A DNA stretch of 33,449 bases from an uncultured Actinomycetes bacterium (GTDB taxonomy: Bacteria; Actinomycetota; Actinomycetes; S36-B12). Location: positions 1 through 33,449 of the forward strand of contig CAJXUJ010000002.1 in assembly GCA_913061025.1 (NCBI GenBank), read 5' to 3'. The notes beneath the pieces were generated by a model. The model did not search any database and had not been told where the DNA came from. It worked only from the letters and a program-made list of their open reading frames with translations. Shown piece after piece: positions 17,489 through 26,780 of this stretch. Position 1 is the first letter of the stretch, and each line of letters opens with the position of its first letter. A program made the position numbers and the translations under genes.

Positions 17489-18322
17489 TCAAGCCGAGAC
17501 ACCCGGTAGTGCGGGCATAGGCGGTGGAGTCCCATCGAAACTCGGGCAGAACTCCTTGAATGAGCACCAGCCACACAGGGCCGAGGGCGACGATGCGAAT
17601 CCCTGCTCCGATCGCGCCGCAGATGAGATCGCACTAGCGATCGCGGTGATTTTCCGCTCGGTGGCCAGCAGTTCCTCGGTTCCCGGCTCATACGCCAGGC
17701 GCTGGCCATCGCCGAGGTACAGCAGTTCCAATCGGGCAGGTACATCGCCGTTGATTCGCCACCATAGGAGGGCATAGAACCGCATCTGGAAAAGCGCCTT
17801 GGCTTCGAAACCCTGTCCGGGGCTGCGCCCGGTCTTGTAGTCAACGAGCCGGACCAACCCCTGTGCCGACCGATCCACTCGATCGATGTATCCGCGAAGA
17901 GCCAGACCCGATTCCATCTCCACCGACACCGACATCTCCAGGGCGTGCGGCTCCAGGCGTCGTGGATCCTCCAACTGAAAATAGGTTTCTAAAAGGCTCC
18001 TCGCCGGCGCCACGATCGCGTTCGCAACCGCTTCGGCGGACTCCGCGTCCACCTTCACGCCCTCGAGCAGCGCGGCCGCGTCCTGTGGTTTCTCCTGTTG
18101 CAGGATCTCCCAGCGACGAGCGAAATATCCAACCGCGGACTCGACAGTGCGCTCCGCAGGGTTAGCGCCGAATAGATCCTCCAACGCGCCGTGGACGAGG
18201 GTCCCGCGAACGGCCGCGGCCGACGGCTCCTCGGGCAGCCTGTCGATGACGCGCAGTCGGTACAGCAGCGGACAGGTGAGGAAATCGTTCGCCCTGGATG
18301 GAGATAACGACGTCGGGAACAC
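17489..18322 (-). CDS. RecB/Cas4-like PD-(D/E)XK nuclease family protein (Rv2119-like)
   Basis: An N-terminal Cys (FLTCPLLYR) plus C-terminal CGWCSFKEFC gives the Cas4/AddB-type 4-Cys cluster, and a DY/K nuclease core (VDYKTG) is present. The GTG at 18322 is preceded by TACAGT-N6 and gives 277 aa. Alternative starts are ATG 18403 and the longest ORF at 18562. Confidence 0.75.
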   Translation of the reverse strand: MFPTSLSPSRANDFLTCPLLYRLRVIDRLPEEPSAAAVRGTLVHGALEDLFGANPAERTVESAVGYFARRWEILQQEKPQDAAALLEGVKVDAESAEAVANAIVAPARSLLETYFQLEDPRRLEPHALEMSVSVEMESGLALRGYIDRVDRSAQGLVRLVDYKTGRSPGQGFEAKALFQMRFYALLWWRINGDVPARLELLYLGDGQRLAYEPGTEELLATERKITAIASAISSAARSEQGFASSPSALCGWCSFKEFCPSFDGTPPPMPALPGVSA

Positions 18323-18328
18323 CCGTTC

Positions 18329-18334
18329 ACTGTA
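18329..18334 (-). promoter_or_regulatory. putative -10 hexamer TACAGT, 6 nt upstream of the GTG at 18322 of the RecB-like gene
   Basis: The minus strand reads TACAGT-GAACGG-GTG. This start gives a 277-aa product, close to the remembered ~278 aa of Rv2119. Confidence 0.35.
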
Positions 18335-18367
18335 CGGCGGGATGCGCGAGCGAGGCGTCAACGTCGC

Positions 18368-18373
18368 TAGGGT
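18368..18373 (+). promoter_or_regulatory. putative -10 hexamer TAGGGT, 6 nt upstream of the trmI ATG
   Basis: TAGGGT-CGCCCG-ATG(18380). Confidence 0.4.
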
Positions 18374-18379
18374 CGCCCG

Positions 18380-19339
18380 ATGGCCCGACGTCGCCCCGCC
18401 CATCCACCCGCACCCCGGGACGACGTAGAAGTGGGACCGCGTCCGACGGGTCCGATCGGGCCGGGTGAATTGGTGCAGATGACCGACACCCGGGGAGTCA
18501 AGACCACCATCACCACCCAACCTGGTGCCGTGCTCCACACCCACCGCGGTCAGATTCCGCACGATTCGATCATCGGCTCGAGCGAGGGCTCGATCACGAC
18601 GTCCACCAGGGGAATCGACTATCTGATCCAGCGACCCCAGCTGGACGACTACGTCTTGGGCATGCCTCGTCAGGCGGCCGTCATCTACCCGAAGGATGCG
18701 GCCCGCATCGTGGCGCTGGGAGATATCGGTAGTGGCTCGCGGGTCCTGGAAGCCGGGGTCGGTTCCGGCGCTTTGACGTGTTACCTGTTGAAGGCCGCCG
18801 GCCCCTCGGGTGCGGTGACCAGCGTTGAACGACGATCGGACTTCGCCGAGGTGGCTTCAGAAAACGTCTGCCGATGGTTTGGGGGAGATCCCCGTTCGTG
18901 GACGCTCATCGAGGGTGACCTCGTCGACCTTCCCGAAGCAGAGGTGGCTGCCGAGACCATAGACGCGCTCATCCTCGACATGCTGGCGCCGTGGGAGTGC
19001 CTGGACGTGGCCGACCGAATCGTGCGCGCCGGTGGCGCACTCGTTGCCTATGTGGCAACCACGACACAACTGTCCCGCTTCGTCGAAACGCTCCGGATAA
19101 CCGGACGCTGGACCGAGCCCCGATCCGAGGAGAGCATCCTTCGAACCTGGCACCTCGATGGTCTCGCCGTCAGACCGGACCACCGAATGTCCGGTCACAC
19201 CGGGTTCCTCGTTTCCGCCCGCCACATGGCGGCTGGGCAACATGCCCCCGCTCGACGTCGCAGACCCGCACCCGGGGCCTACGGCGAGGACTACCAGGGA
19301 CCGGGTGCGCAGCAGGTGGATGGCGGAGAAGCGGGTTAG
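18380..19339 (+). CDS. trmI: tRNA (adenine58-N1)-methyltransferase TrmI
   Basis: SAM-binding motif [12 protein letters not shown]. Its position between the RecB-like gene and arc matches M. tuberculosis Rv2118c. ATG 18380 is preceded by TAGGGT-N6; an alternative GTG lies at 18431. Confidence 0.85.
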   Translation: MARRRPAHPPAPRDDVEVGPRPTGPIGPGELVQMTDTRGVKTTITTQPGAVLHTHRGQIPHDSIIGSSEGSITTSTRGIDYLIQRPQLDDYVLGMPRQAAVIYPKDAARIVALGDIGSGSRVLEAGVGSGALTCYLLKAAGPSGAVTSVERRSDFAEVASENVCRWFGGDPRSWTLIEGDLVDLPEAEVAAETIDALILDMLAPWECLDVADRIVRAGGALVAYVATTTQLSRFVETLRITGRWTEPRSEESILRTWHLDGLAVRPDHRMSGHTGFLVSARHMAAGQHAPARRRRPAPGAYGEDYQGPGAQQVDGGEAG

Positions 19340-19389
19340 GGTCGGGGGACCCGCACGAGGGGCGCCACGACCAGCGCAAGGAGGATCCG

Positions 19390-21045
19390 ATGAGTCAGCC
19401 GAGTCCGGAGAGCCGTCTTCTCGCCCTGGAATCAGCCCTCAGTGAGGTTCGGGGAGAACTGACGGCCCAGAAGGATCACAATCAGCGTCTCATCAACACC
19501 CTGCGAGATGCCCGTGAACAAATCGTCGCCCTGAAAGCCGAGGTAGATCGACTCGGCGAGCCACCGAGTGGGTACGCAACGTTCGTCCAGGCCCACGAGG
19601 ACGGCTCGGTGGACATCATCGCGTCGGGCCGCAAGATGCGCGTGGCAGTGAGTCCCGGGGTGGGCTCCGACACCCTGACGCCCGGCCAAGAGGTTGTCCT
19701 CAACGAATCCATGAACATCGTGGGTGCGCGGGAATTTGAGGTCATCGGCGACATCGTGACGTTCAAGGAGATGCTCGGAACCGACCGATGTGTGGTGGTT
19801 GCCAACGCCGACGAAGAACGCGTCGTCCGGCTGGCCGATTCGCTCGCCGGTTCAACACTGCGCGCCGGTGAAGCCCTGCTGTGCGACCTCAAGAGCGGCT
19901 ATGTGATCGAGCAGATTCCCCGGGCCGAGATGGAAGAACTGGTCCTGGAAGAAGTTCCGGACATCGGCTACGAGCAAATCGGCGGTCTTCTCAATCAGAT
20001 CGAATCGATCCGCGACGCCGTCGAACTCCCGTACGTGCACGCGGACCTCTTCGCCGAACACGATTTGCGGGCGCCCAAGGGCATCCTGCTGTACGGACCG
20101 CCCGGGTGCGGCAAGACTCTGATTGCCAAGGCGGTCGCGAATTCCCTCGCGAAGAAAGTCGCTGAGAAGACCGGTCAGCACGAGGCCAAGAGTTACTTCC
20201 TGAATATCAAGGGACCAGAACTCCTCAATAAGTACGTCGGCGAGACAGAGCGCCATATTCGATTGGTCTTCCAGCGCGCGCGCGAGAAGGCGTCCGAGGG
20301 CATGCCTGTGATCGTGTTCTTCGACGAGATGGATTCGCTTTTCCGAACCCGTGGCAGCGGAGTGAGCAGCGACGTCGAGAACACGATCGTTCCTCAACTC
20401 CTCAGCGAGATCGACGGCGTGGAGAGTCTGGAGAACGTGATCGTCATTGGCGCCTCGAACCGCGAGGACATGATCGATCCAGCGATCCTGCGCCCCGGGC
20501 GCCTCGATGTGAAGATCAAGATCGAGCGGCCCGACGCCGAGGCCGCTCGGGACATCATGAGCAAGTACCTCGTGTCGAGTCTGCCGATCCATCGCGATGA
20601 TCTAGCCGAACACGGCGGCAACGCCGATGCCGCCTGCTCGTCGATGATCGAACGAGCCATCGAGCGTATGTATGCCGACTCCGACGAGAACCGGTTCCTG
20701 GAAGTCACGTACGAGGGTGGGGACAAAGAGGTTCTCTACTTCAAGGACTTCAACTCCGGAGCGATGCTGGAGAACATCGTCGCCCGCGCGAAGAAGTCGG
20801 CGATCAAGGAGTTCCTTGATACCGGGGAAAAGGGCATCCGCGTTCAGCACCTGCTCGACGCCTGCCTCGACGAGTTCCGCGAAAACGAGGATCTACCCAA
20901 CACGACGAACCCGGACGACTGGGCGAGGATCTCGGGCAAGAAGGGCGAGCGAATCGTCTTTATCCGGACACTGATCCAAGGCAAGCAGGGTGGCAGCCCC
21001 GGGCGTTCCATCGACAACGTCGCGAACACCGGCCAGTACCTGTAG
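19390..21045 (+). CDS. arc: proteasome-associated AAA ATPase ARC/Mpa
   Basis: The true start is the ATG at 19390, preceded by AAGGAGG, inside the long ORF 18991..21045. It has an N-terminal coiled coil ([27 protein letters not shown]), Walker A GPPGCGKT, Walker [10 protein letters not shown] and the C-terminal proteasome-docking motif GQYL. Confidence 0.95.
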   Translation: MSQPSPESRLLALESALSEVRGELTAQKDHNQRLINTLRDAREQIVALKAEVDRLGEPPSGYATFVQAHEDGSVDIIASGRKMRVAVSPGVGSDTLTPGQEVVLNESMNIVGAREFEVIGDIVTFKEMLGTDRCVVVANADEERVVRLADSLAGSTLRAGEALLCDLKSGYVIEQIPRAEMEELVLEEVPDIGYEQIGGLLNQIESIRDAVELPYVHADLFAEHDLRAPKGILLYGPPGCGKTLIAKAVANSLAKKVAEKTGQHEAKSYFLNIKGPELLNKYVGETERHIRLVFQRAREKASEGMPVIVFFDEMDSLFRTRGSGVSSDVENTIVPQLLSEIDGVESLENVIVIGASNREDMIDPAILRPGRLDVKIKIERPDAEAARDIMSKYLVSSLPIHRDDLAEHGGNADAACSSMIERAIERMYADSDENRFLEVTYEGGDKEVLYFKDFNSGAMLENIVARAKKSAIKEFLDTGEKGIRVQHLLDACLDEFRENEDLPNTTNPDDWARISGKKGERIVFIRTLIQGKQGGSPGRSIDNVANTGQYL

Positions 21046-21075
21046 GGGTGGAGTGGGGATCGTTGAGGTGACGCC

Positions 21076-22596
21076 ATGAGCGTTCACCGGATCATGGGGT
21101 TGGAGACCGAATACGGCATTAGCGTGCCCGGCCACCCCACGATGAACGCGATGGTCACGTCGTCGCAGATCGTCAATGCCTACGCGCAACTCGTATCCGA
21201 TCGCAGTCGGGGCAAGACTCGCTGGGACTACGACGAAGAATCGCCATTGCGTGACGCTCGCGGATTCGACATGAGTAGGGCCGAGGCGGACCCCTCGCAG
21301 CTCACCGATGAGGACCTCGGCCTGGCAAACGTGATCCTGCCCAATGGCGCCCGTCTTTATGTGGATCACGCGCACCCGGAGTATTCGACCCCCGAGATCA
21401 CGAACCCACGGGACGCCGTCCTGTGGGATCGAGCGGGAGTCGAGGTCATGCACGAGGCCATGGAGGCTGCTGCCGCCACACCCGGGGGCAACCGCATCCT
21501 GCTGTACAAGAACAACACCGACAACAAAGGTGCGTCCTACGGGTGCCATGAGAACTACCTCATGCGACGAAGCACTCCGTTCTCCGATGTGGTGCGTCAT
21601 CTGACACCGTTCTTCATCACCCGACAGGTCTTCACCGGAGCCGGCAGGTTAGGAATCGGCCAAGACGGTCGAAAGTCGGCCTTTCAACTGAGCCAGCGGG
21701 CGGACTTCTTCGAGGTCGAAGTCGGTCTGGAAACCACATTGAAGCGACCCATCATCAACACCCGTGACGAACCTCATGCCGATCCTGAGAAATATCGGAG
21801 ACTGCACGTGATCGTGGGTGACGCGAACCTCAGCGATACCGCCACGTATCTGAAGATGGGAACCACCGCCATCGTCCTCTCGATGATCGAAGACTGCTTC
21901 CTCGACACCTTCGATGCCATGCCGCTCGAGCCGGTCGCGGAGATGCACCGCGTTTCCCACGACCCGTCCCTGAAGCACCTCATGTCCCTGTCCGGCGGGC
22001 GACACCTCACGGCCATCGAAGTCCAACGGATGTTCCACGAGAAGGCTTGGGAGTTTTGCGATTCACGGTGGGGATCGGACTACGACGAACAGACCAAGGA
22101 CGTCCTCGACCTGTGGGGGCAGCACCTGGAAGCCCTGGAATCCGACCCCGCCACCGTCGCCAGCACCGTCGACTGGGTGGCCAAACTCGGATTGCTCGAG
22201 GGTTACGTTCGCCGGGACGGTCTCGAATGGGATGACCCACGCCTGCAACTCGTCGACCTGCAATACGCCGATATCCGACCGGACAAGGGTCTCGCGGCCC
22301 GACTCGAGCAACGCGGGCGCCTGACCAGGATGTTCAGCGACGCTGAAGTCTCCGAGGCCCGGCACCGACCGCCATCGGACACTCGGGCCTATTTCCGTGG
22401 TGAATGCGTCCGCAGGTACGCCGACTCGGTAGCCGCCGCATCATGGGACTCGGTGGTTTTCGACATCGCCGGACGAGACTCCCTCCTCCGCGTTCCCACT
22501 CTCGAGCCAACCCGGGGAACCCGCGCCCACGTGGAACAGATTCTTGACTCCTCACCCGACGCCGCAGCTCTGATCGACGCGCTCACCGAGGAGTAG
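21076..22596 (+). CDS. dop: Pup deamidase/depupylase Dop
   Basis: 506 aa. N-terminus IMGLETEYGIS, carboxylate-amine ligase fold, about 50 aa longer than PafA (Dop loop), and located directly upstream of pup. Confidence 0.93.
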   Translation: MSVHRIMGLETEYGISVPGHPTMNAMVTSSQIVNAYAQLVSDRSRGKTRWDYDEESPLRDARGFDMSRAEADPSQLTDEDLGLANVILPNGARLYVDHAHPEYSTPEITNPRDAVLWDRAGVEVMHEAMEAAAATPGGNRILLYKNNTDNKGASYGCHENYLMRRSTPFSDVVRHLTPFFITRQVFTGAGRLGIGQDGRKSAFQLSQRADFFEVEVGLETTLKRPIINTRDEPHADPEKYRRLHVIVGDANLSDTATYLKMGTTAIVLSMIEDCFLDTFDAMPLEPVAEMHRVSHDPSLKHLMSLSGGRHLTAIEVQRMFHEKAWEFCDSRWGSDYDEQTKDVLDLWGQHLEALESDPATVASTVDWVAKLGLLEGYVRRDGLEWDDPRLQLVDLQYADIRPDKGLAARLEQRGRLTRMFSDAEVSEARHRPPSDTRAYFRGECVRRYADSVAAASWDSVVFDIAGRDSLLRVPTLEPTRGTRAHVEQILDSSPDAAALIDALTEE

Positions 22597-22613
22597 CCGG
22601 TTACGCTGACCTC

Positions 22614-22814
22614 ATGGTTTCCCGTGAGAATGCAGAGCAGCGCAAGTCCCAGCGACGCGACGAGCACGAGGACGAGGTCGTCACGACGGGCTCCGTCGAG
22701 GCCAATGAGGAGCTTGCGGAGGACGTGGACGCCATCCTCGACGAAATCGACGGCGTACTCGAGGAGAACGCCGAGGATTTCGTGAAGTCCTTCGTGCAAA
22801 AGGGCGGCCAGTGA
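22614..22814 (+). CDS. pup: prokaryotic ubiquitin-like protein Pup
   Basis: 66 aa, acidic. The C-terminal half [25 protein letters not shown] is nearly identical to mycobacterial Pup and ends in GGQ. Confidence 0.95.
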   Translation: MVSRENAEQRKSQRRDEHEDEVVTTGSVEANEELAEDVDAILDEIDGVLEENAEDFVKSFVQKGGQ

Positions 22815-23632
22815 GCACTGATCTCGCAGGTGCGTTCGGGCTTGTCGGTTCAGCGTCCTTTGCCGAGTTCTTGAACGCCTCGGGGAACACGGCTCTCCAG
22901 CCGGCCACGGGAACCATCGATGCCCCCCATGGCACCACCATCGTGGCCATGGTGTTCGACGGCGGCGTGGTGATGGCTGGTGATCGGCGAGCCACCATGG
23001 GAAACGTCATCGCACAAAAGGACGTCCAGAAAGTGTTCGAGGCCGACGAGTACTCCGTCGTCGGTATTGCCGGCACCGCCGGCATCGCCGTCGAGATAGT
23101 CCGACTCTTTCAGGTCGAGCTCGAGCATTACGAAAAGATCGAAGGCACCCAGTTGTCCCTGGAAGGGAAGGCGAATCGTCTTTCGACCCTTCTTCGCGGG
23201 AACCTCGGTATGGCAATGCAGGGCCTCGCTGTTGTGCCCCTCTTCGCGGGGTTCGATGTGTCGCATGACCGAGGTCGGATCTTTTCCTACGACGTCACCG
23301 GTGGACGATACGAAGAGCACGACTTCTACGCCGTCGGCTCGGGCTCGACATTCGCCCGCGGATCGCTCAAGAAGCTGTTCCATGCGGATGCGACAGCCGA
23401 TCAGGCGACGCGCATCGTGCTCGAAGCCTTATACGACGCCGCGGATGACGACAGCGCAACCAGCGGTCCGGATCTTGCCCGGCGCATCTTCCCGATCGTG
23501 TCCGTCGTGACCACCGACGGCGTACGGACGGTCGATCAGGCCGAGATCGCGACCCTTGCCGAGCAGATGCTCCAGGAAAGGCTCGAACGGCCAAACGGCC
23601 CACGTGCGCGAGTGGAAGGAGATGCCTCATGA
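22811..23632 (+). CDS. prcB: 20S proteasome beta subunit
   Basis: 273 aa. The propeptide ends ..DAPHG, followed by catalytic Thr (TTIVAM, Thr codon 22934-22936). The GTG start overlaps the pup stop (GTGA). Confidence 0.95.
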   Translation: MSTDLAGAFGLVGSASFAEFLNASGNTALQPATGTIDAPHGTTIVAMVFDGGVVMAGDRRATMGNVIAQKDVQKVFEADEYSVVGIAGTAGIAVEIVRLFQVELEHYEKIEGTQLSLEGKANRLSTLLRGNLGMAMQGLAVVPLFAGFDVSHDRGRIFSYDVTGGRYEEHDFYAVGSGSTFARGSLKKLFHADATADQATRIVLEALYDAADDDSATSGPDLARRIFPIVSVVTTDGVRTVDQAEIATLAEQMLQERLERPNGPRARVEGDAS

Positions 23633-24324
23633 GCGTGCCCTTCTATGTCTCGCCCGAGCAGATAATGAAGGACAAGGCCGACTTCGCCCGCAAGGGAATC
23701 GCGCGGGGTCGTAGCGTCGTCGTCGTTCAATACTCAGACGGGATCGTGCTCGTAGCAGAGAACCCGTCGAAAGCGCTGCACAAGATCAGTGAGATCTACG
23801 ATCGAATCGGCTTCGCGGCGGTGGGCAAGTACAACGAGTTCGAGAATCTTCGCGTTGCCGGAATCCGGCTCGCAGACCTGCGTGGCTACAGCTACGACCG
23901 CACCGACGTCACCGGGCGCAGTCTGGCGAATGCCTACGCCCAGACGCTCGGATCGATCTTCACCGAAACCACGAAGCCTTACGAGGTTGAGATCGTGGTG
24001 GCCGAGGTCGGGGCGGACGAGGCGACCGATCAGATTTATCGGCTCACGTTCGATGGCTCGGTTGCCGATGAGCAGGGGTTTGTGGCCATGGGCGGCTCCG
24101 CCGATGCGATCTCCGGTGCCATGTCCGCGTCGTGGCGAGCCGGACAGGATCTGGGTACGTCGCTGCGCCAGGCGGTGCATGCGTTGGGTGAGCACGGCAC
24201 CGAGGAACCACGGACTCTCTCCGCCGACGATCTCGAAGTGGCGGTCTTGGACCGCACTCGGCCACGGCGCACATTCCGACGCATCGAGGGTCTCGAGCTC
24301 GGAAATCTCCTGACTGCGGAGTAA
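23629..24324 (+). CDS. prcA: 20S proteasome alpha subunit
   Basis: 231 aa. [27 protein letters not shown].. is collinear with mycobacterial PrcA. ATGA overlap with the prcB stop. Confidence 0.95.
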   Translation: MSVPFYVSPEQIMKDKADFARKGIARGRSVVVVQYSDGIVLVAENPSKALHKISEIYDRIGFAAVGKYNEFENLRVAGIRLADLRGYSYDRTDVTGRSLANAYAQTLGSIFTETTKPYEVEIVVAEVGADEATDQIYRLTFDGSVADEQGFVAMGGSADAISGAMSASWRAGQDLGTSLRQAVHALGEHGTEEPRTLSADDLEVAVLDRTRPRRTFRRIEGLELGNLLTAE

Positions 24325-24346
24325 CCCACCTGACGCAGTCGCCTTC

Positions 24347-24364
24347 TGAGCCAAATCTGGCTCA
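24347..24364. repeat. perfect inverted repeat TGAGCCA-AATC-TGGCTCA in the prcA-pafA spacer (RNA hairpin or operator candidate)
   Basis: 7-bp arms with a 4-nt loop, read directly. There is no downstream T-tract. It sits 6 nt upstream of the putative pafA -35 element. Confidence 0.5.
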
Positions 24365-24370
24365 CGCGCC

Positions 24371-24398
24371 TTGCCGAGCAGCGATTCCCTCGTAGGGT
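24371..24398 (+). promoter_or_regulatory. putative sigma-A type promoter of pafA (-35 TTGCCG, 16-nt spacer, -10 TAGGGT), leaderless
   Basis: TTGCCG (24371-24376), N16, TAGGGT (24393-24398), GGCGGC, then ATG at 24405. Confidence 0.45.
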
Positions 24399-24404
24399 GG
24401 CGGC

Positions 24405-25769
24405 ATGGACCGTCGGATATTCGGCATCGAGACCGAATACGGCGTGACGTGCACCTTCAAGGGTCAGCGTCGTCTCAGTCCCGATGAGGTGGCCCGATAC
24501 CTCTTCCGGCGGGTGGTCGCGTGGGGGAGGAGCAGCAACGTCTTCCTCCGCAATGGCTCTCGGCTCTATCTCGACGTTGGAAGCCATCCGGAATACGCCA
24601 CGGCCGAATGCGACAGCGTCCAACAACTCATCACGCACGATCGTGCGGGCGAACGCATCCTCGAGGGTCTGTGTGTAGACGCAGAACAGCGCCTACGCGA
24701 GGAGGGCATCGCTGGAGACATCTACCTGTTTAAGAACAACACCGACTCCGCCGGTAACTCCTACGGCTGTCACGAGAATTATCTGGTCGAACGTTCCACA
24801 GATTTCCTCTCACTGGCAGAAGGATTCATTCCCTTCCTCATCTCGCGACAGATCATCACCGGAGCGGGCAAGGTGCTCCAGACGCCGCGTGGCGCGCTCT
24901 ATTGCGTCAGTCAACGGGCCGACCACATCTGGGAGGGCGTGTCGAGCGCCACGACACGTTCACGGCCCATCATCAACACGCGCGATGAACCGCACGCGGA
25001 TGCCGATCTCTACCGGCGTCTGCATGTCATCGTCGGAGATAGCAACATGAGCGAGACCACGGCCATGCTCAAGGTCGGTGCCGCGGATCTCGTTCTTCGC
25101 ATGCTGGAGTCCGGGGCCGTGATGCGGGATCTCACATTCGAGAACCCCATCCGCGCCATTCGGGAGATCAGCCACGACACCACGGGCACCCGCACCGTCA
25201 CGCTGAGCAACGGACGTGAGGTGACGGCACTGCAGATGCAGATGGAGTACCTGGAAAAGGTGGCCCAATATGTCGATCGCCGGGGACTGCGGTCAGATCC
25301 CATGATCGACAGGGTCATGGATCTTTGGGAAAGGTCGCTCAAGGCGGTGGAATCGCAAGACTTCACCGGGGTCGAAACGGAAATCGACTGGGTCATCAAG
25401 AAGCGACTGCTGGATCGCTACATGGACAAGCACGATATGGAGCTCTCCGACGTGCGCGTCGCCCAACTGGATCTGGCTTACCACGACATCAATCGGAACC
25501 GCGGTCTGTTCTATCTGCTCGAGCGACGCGGTCTCGCAACTCGTATCACCCATGACCCCGAGGTGTTCGAGGCAAAGGAAGTACCACCGCAGACCACTCG
25601 AGCCAAGTTGCGGGGCGACTTCGTCAAGAGAGCGCAGGAAAGGCGCCGCGACTTCACCGTTGATTGGGTTCACCTGAAGCTCAACGACCAAGCCCAGCGG
25701 ACCGTGCTGTGCAAGGACCCGTTCGTCAACGTCGACGAGCGCGTCGATCGCCTCCTGGCGAGCATGTAG
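24405..25769 (+). CDS. pafA: Pup--protein ligase PafA
   Basis: 454 aa with N-terminus [12 protein letters not shown]. It is a Dop paralogue lacking the Dop loop. Confidence 0.93.
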   Translation: MDRRIFGIETEYGVTCTFKGQRRLSPDEVARYLFRRVVAWGRSSNVFLRNGSRLYLDVGSHPEYATAECDSVQQLITHDRAGERILEGLCVDAEQRLREEGIAGDIYLFKNNTDSAGNSYGCHENYLVERSTDFLSLAEGFIPFLISRQIITGAGKVLQTPRGALYCVSQRADHIWEGVSSATTRSRPIINTRDEPHADADLYRRLHVIVGDSNMSETTAMLKVGAADLVLRMLESGAVMRDLTFENPIRAIREISHDTTGTRTVTLSNGREVTALQMQMEYLEKVAQYVDRRGLRSDPMIDRVMDLWERSLKAVESQDFTGVETEIDWVIKKRLLDRYMDKHDMELSDVRVAQLDLAYHDINRNRGLFYLLERRGLATRITHDPEVFEAKEVPPQTTRAKLRGDFVKRAQERRRDFTVDWVHLKLNDQAQRTVLCKDPFVNVDERVDRLLASM

Positions 25770-25781
25770 TCGGTTGTGTCG

Positions 25782-25787
25782 TAGCCT
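25782..25787 (+). promoter_or_regulatory. putative -10 hexamer TAGCCT, 6 nt upstream of the GTG at 25794 (FKBP lipoprotein)
   Basis: TAGCCT-GCGGTG-GTG(25794), within the 21-24 nt gap after pafA. Confidence 0.35.
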
Positions 25788-25793
25788 GCGGTG

Positions 25794-26369
25794 GTGAAGA
25801 GACTTCCTGCCATCGCACTGATCGTTCCCGCGGCCGCCCTCGTTCTCGCTGCCTGTTCTTCTGACACCGGCGGCAGCTCGGCCACCCAAGTGTCAGCAGG
25901 CACGTTCCTGGCGACGAACTGCGCTGAGAGCGGGGCACCGACCGAGGCGCAGTCGGCTTCCGGTACCGCAATCACGCCGGACATCTCGGTTCTCGACGAT
26001 GACATCCCCTCCATCTACATTCGCGAGGGCGCCGCACCGGCAGGGGAGCTGGTGACGGCCGAACTGCGGGCCGGCTCCGGTGATGTCGCGGCGTTGGACG
26101 ACATCATCACCGTCGAATACTGCGGAGTCGGATTGACCACCGGGGCGCTGTTCGACTCCTCGTGGGCCCGCGGGACGCCTGCCACCTTCGGACTGTCGCA
26201 GGGTCAACTCATCCAAGGGTGGGTCGACGGCATTCCGGGGATGCAGGTGGGTGAACGCCGAGTCGTGGTGATTCCGAGTGATCTCGCCTATGGGGACACG
26301 CCACCCCCGGGCATCGAACCCGGGGAAACCCTGGTCTTCGTGGTCGAATTGCTCGGTGTGGGAGCCTGA
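25794..26369 (+). CDS. FKBP-type peptidyl-prolyl cis-trans isomerase, lipoprotein
   Basis: The signal peptide KRLPAIALIVPAAALVLAAC has lipobox LAAC (Cys codon 25854-25856). The C-terminal FKBP domain carries GVGLTTGALFDSSW and LVFVVELLGV. GTG 25794 is preferred (TAGCCT-N6) over GTG 25791. Confidence 0.85.
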   Translation: MKRLPAIALIVPAAALVLAACSSDTGGSSATQVSAGTFLATNCAESGAPTEAQSASGTAITPDISVLDDDIPSIYIREGAAPAGELVTAELRAGSGDVAALDDIITVEYCGVGLTTGALFDSSWARGTPATFGLSQGQLIQGWVDGIPGMQVGERRVVVIPSDLAYGDTPPPGIEPGETLVFVVELLGVGA

Positions 26370-26417
26370 CGTCCACGCCAGCACGGCAATGTGAAGTCCG
26401 AAAGTCGAGGAGCGTAC

Positions 26418-26780
26418 ATGTCTGAAAAGCCCGAGATCGATTTCATCGAAGGACCCGCGCCCACCGAGCTCGTGATCACCGATCTGATCGAGGGGTCCGG
26501 TGCCGAGGCCACCCCCGGCGCCACCGTGGAAGTGCACTACGTCGGGGTGGACTTCGACAGCGGCGAGCAGTTCGACGCCTCGTGGGATCGGGGCGAGTCG
26601 ATCGTCTTTCCACTCTCCGGGCTCATCGCAGGTTGGCAGGAAGGCATTCCCGGTATGAAGGTGGGGGGCCGTCGCCAACTCGTAATTCCACCCGAGCTCG
26701 CCTACGGACCCGCGGGCTCCGGTCATCGACTCGCAGGCTCGACGCTGGTCTTCGTGATCGATCTTCTGGATGTCCGCTAG
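26418..26780 (+). CDS. FKBP-type peptidyl-prolyl cis-trans isomerase (cytoplasmic)
   Basis: 120 aa with FKBP motifs VHYVGVDFDSGEQFDASW and LVFVIDLLDV. ATG 26418 has GAGGAG 6 nt upstream; the longest ORF starts at GTG 26391. Confidence 0.88.
   Translation: MSEKPEIDFIEGPAPTELVITDLIEGSGAEATPGATVEVHYVGVDFDSGEQFDASWDRGESIVFPLSGLIAGWQEGIPGMKVGGRRQLVIPPELAYGPAGSGHRLAGSTLVFVIDLLDVR

Noticed and set aside
18991-19389. 133-codon N-terminal extension of the arc ORF (684 aa in the track), overlapping the 3' half of trmI.
   Set aside because: The extension is Arg/Pro/Gly-rich and overlaps trmI in another frame. A strong AAGGAGG plus ATG lies at 19390, exactly where ARC/Mpa homology (the coiled coil) begins.
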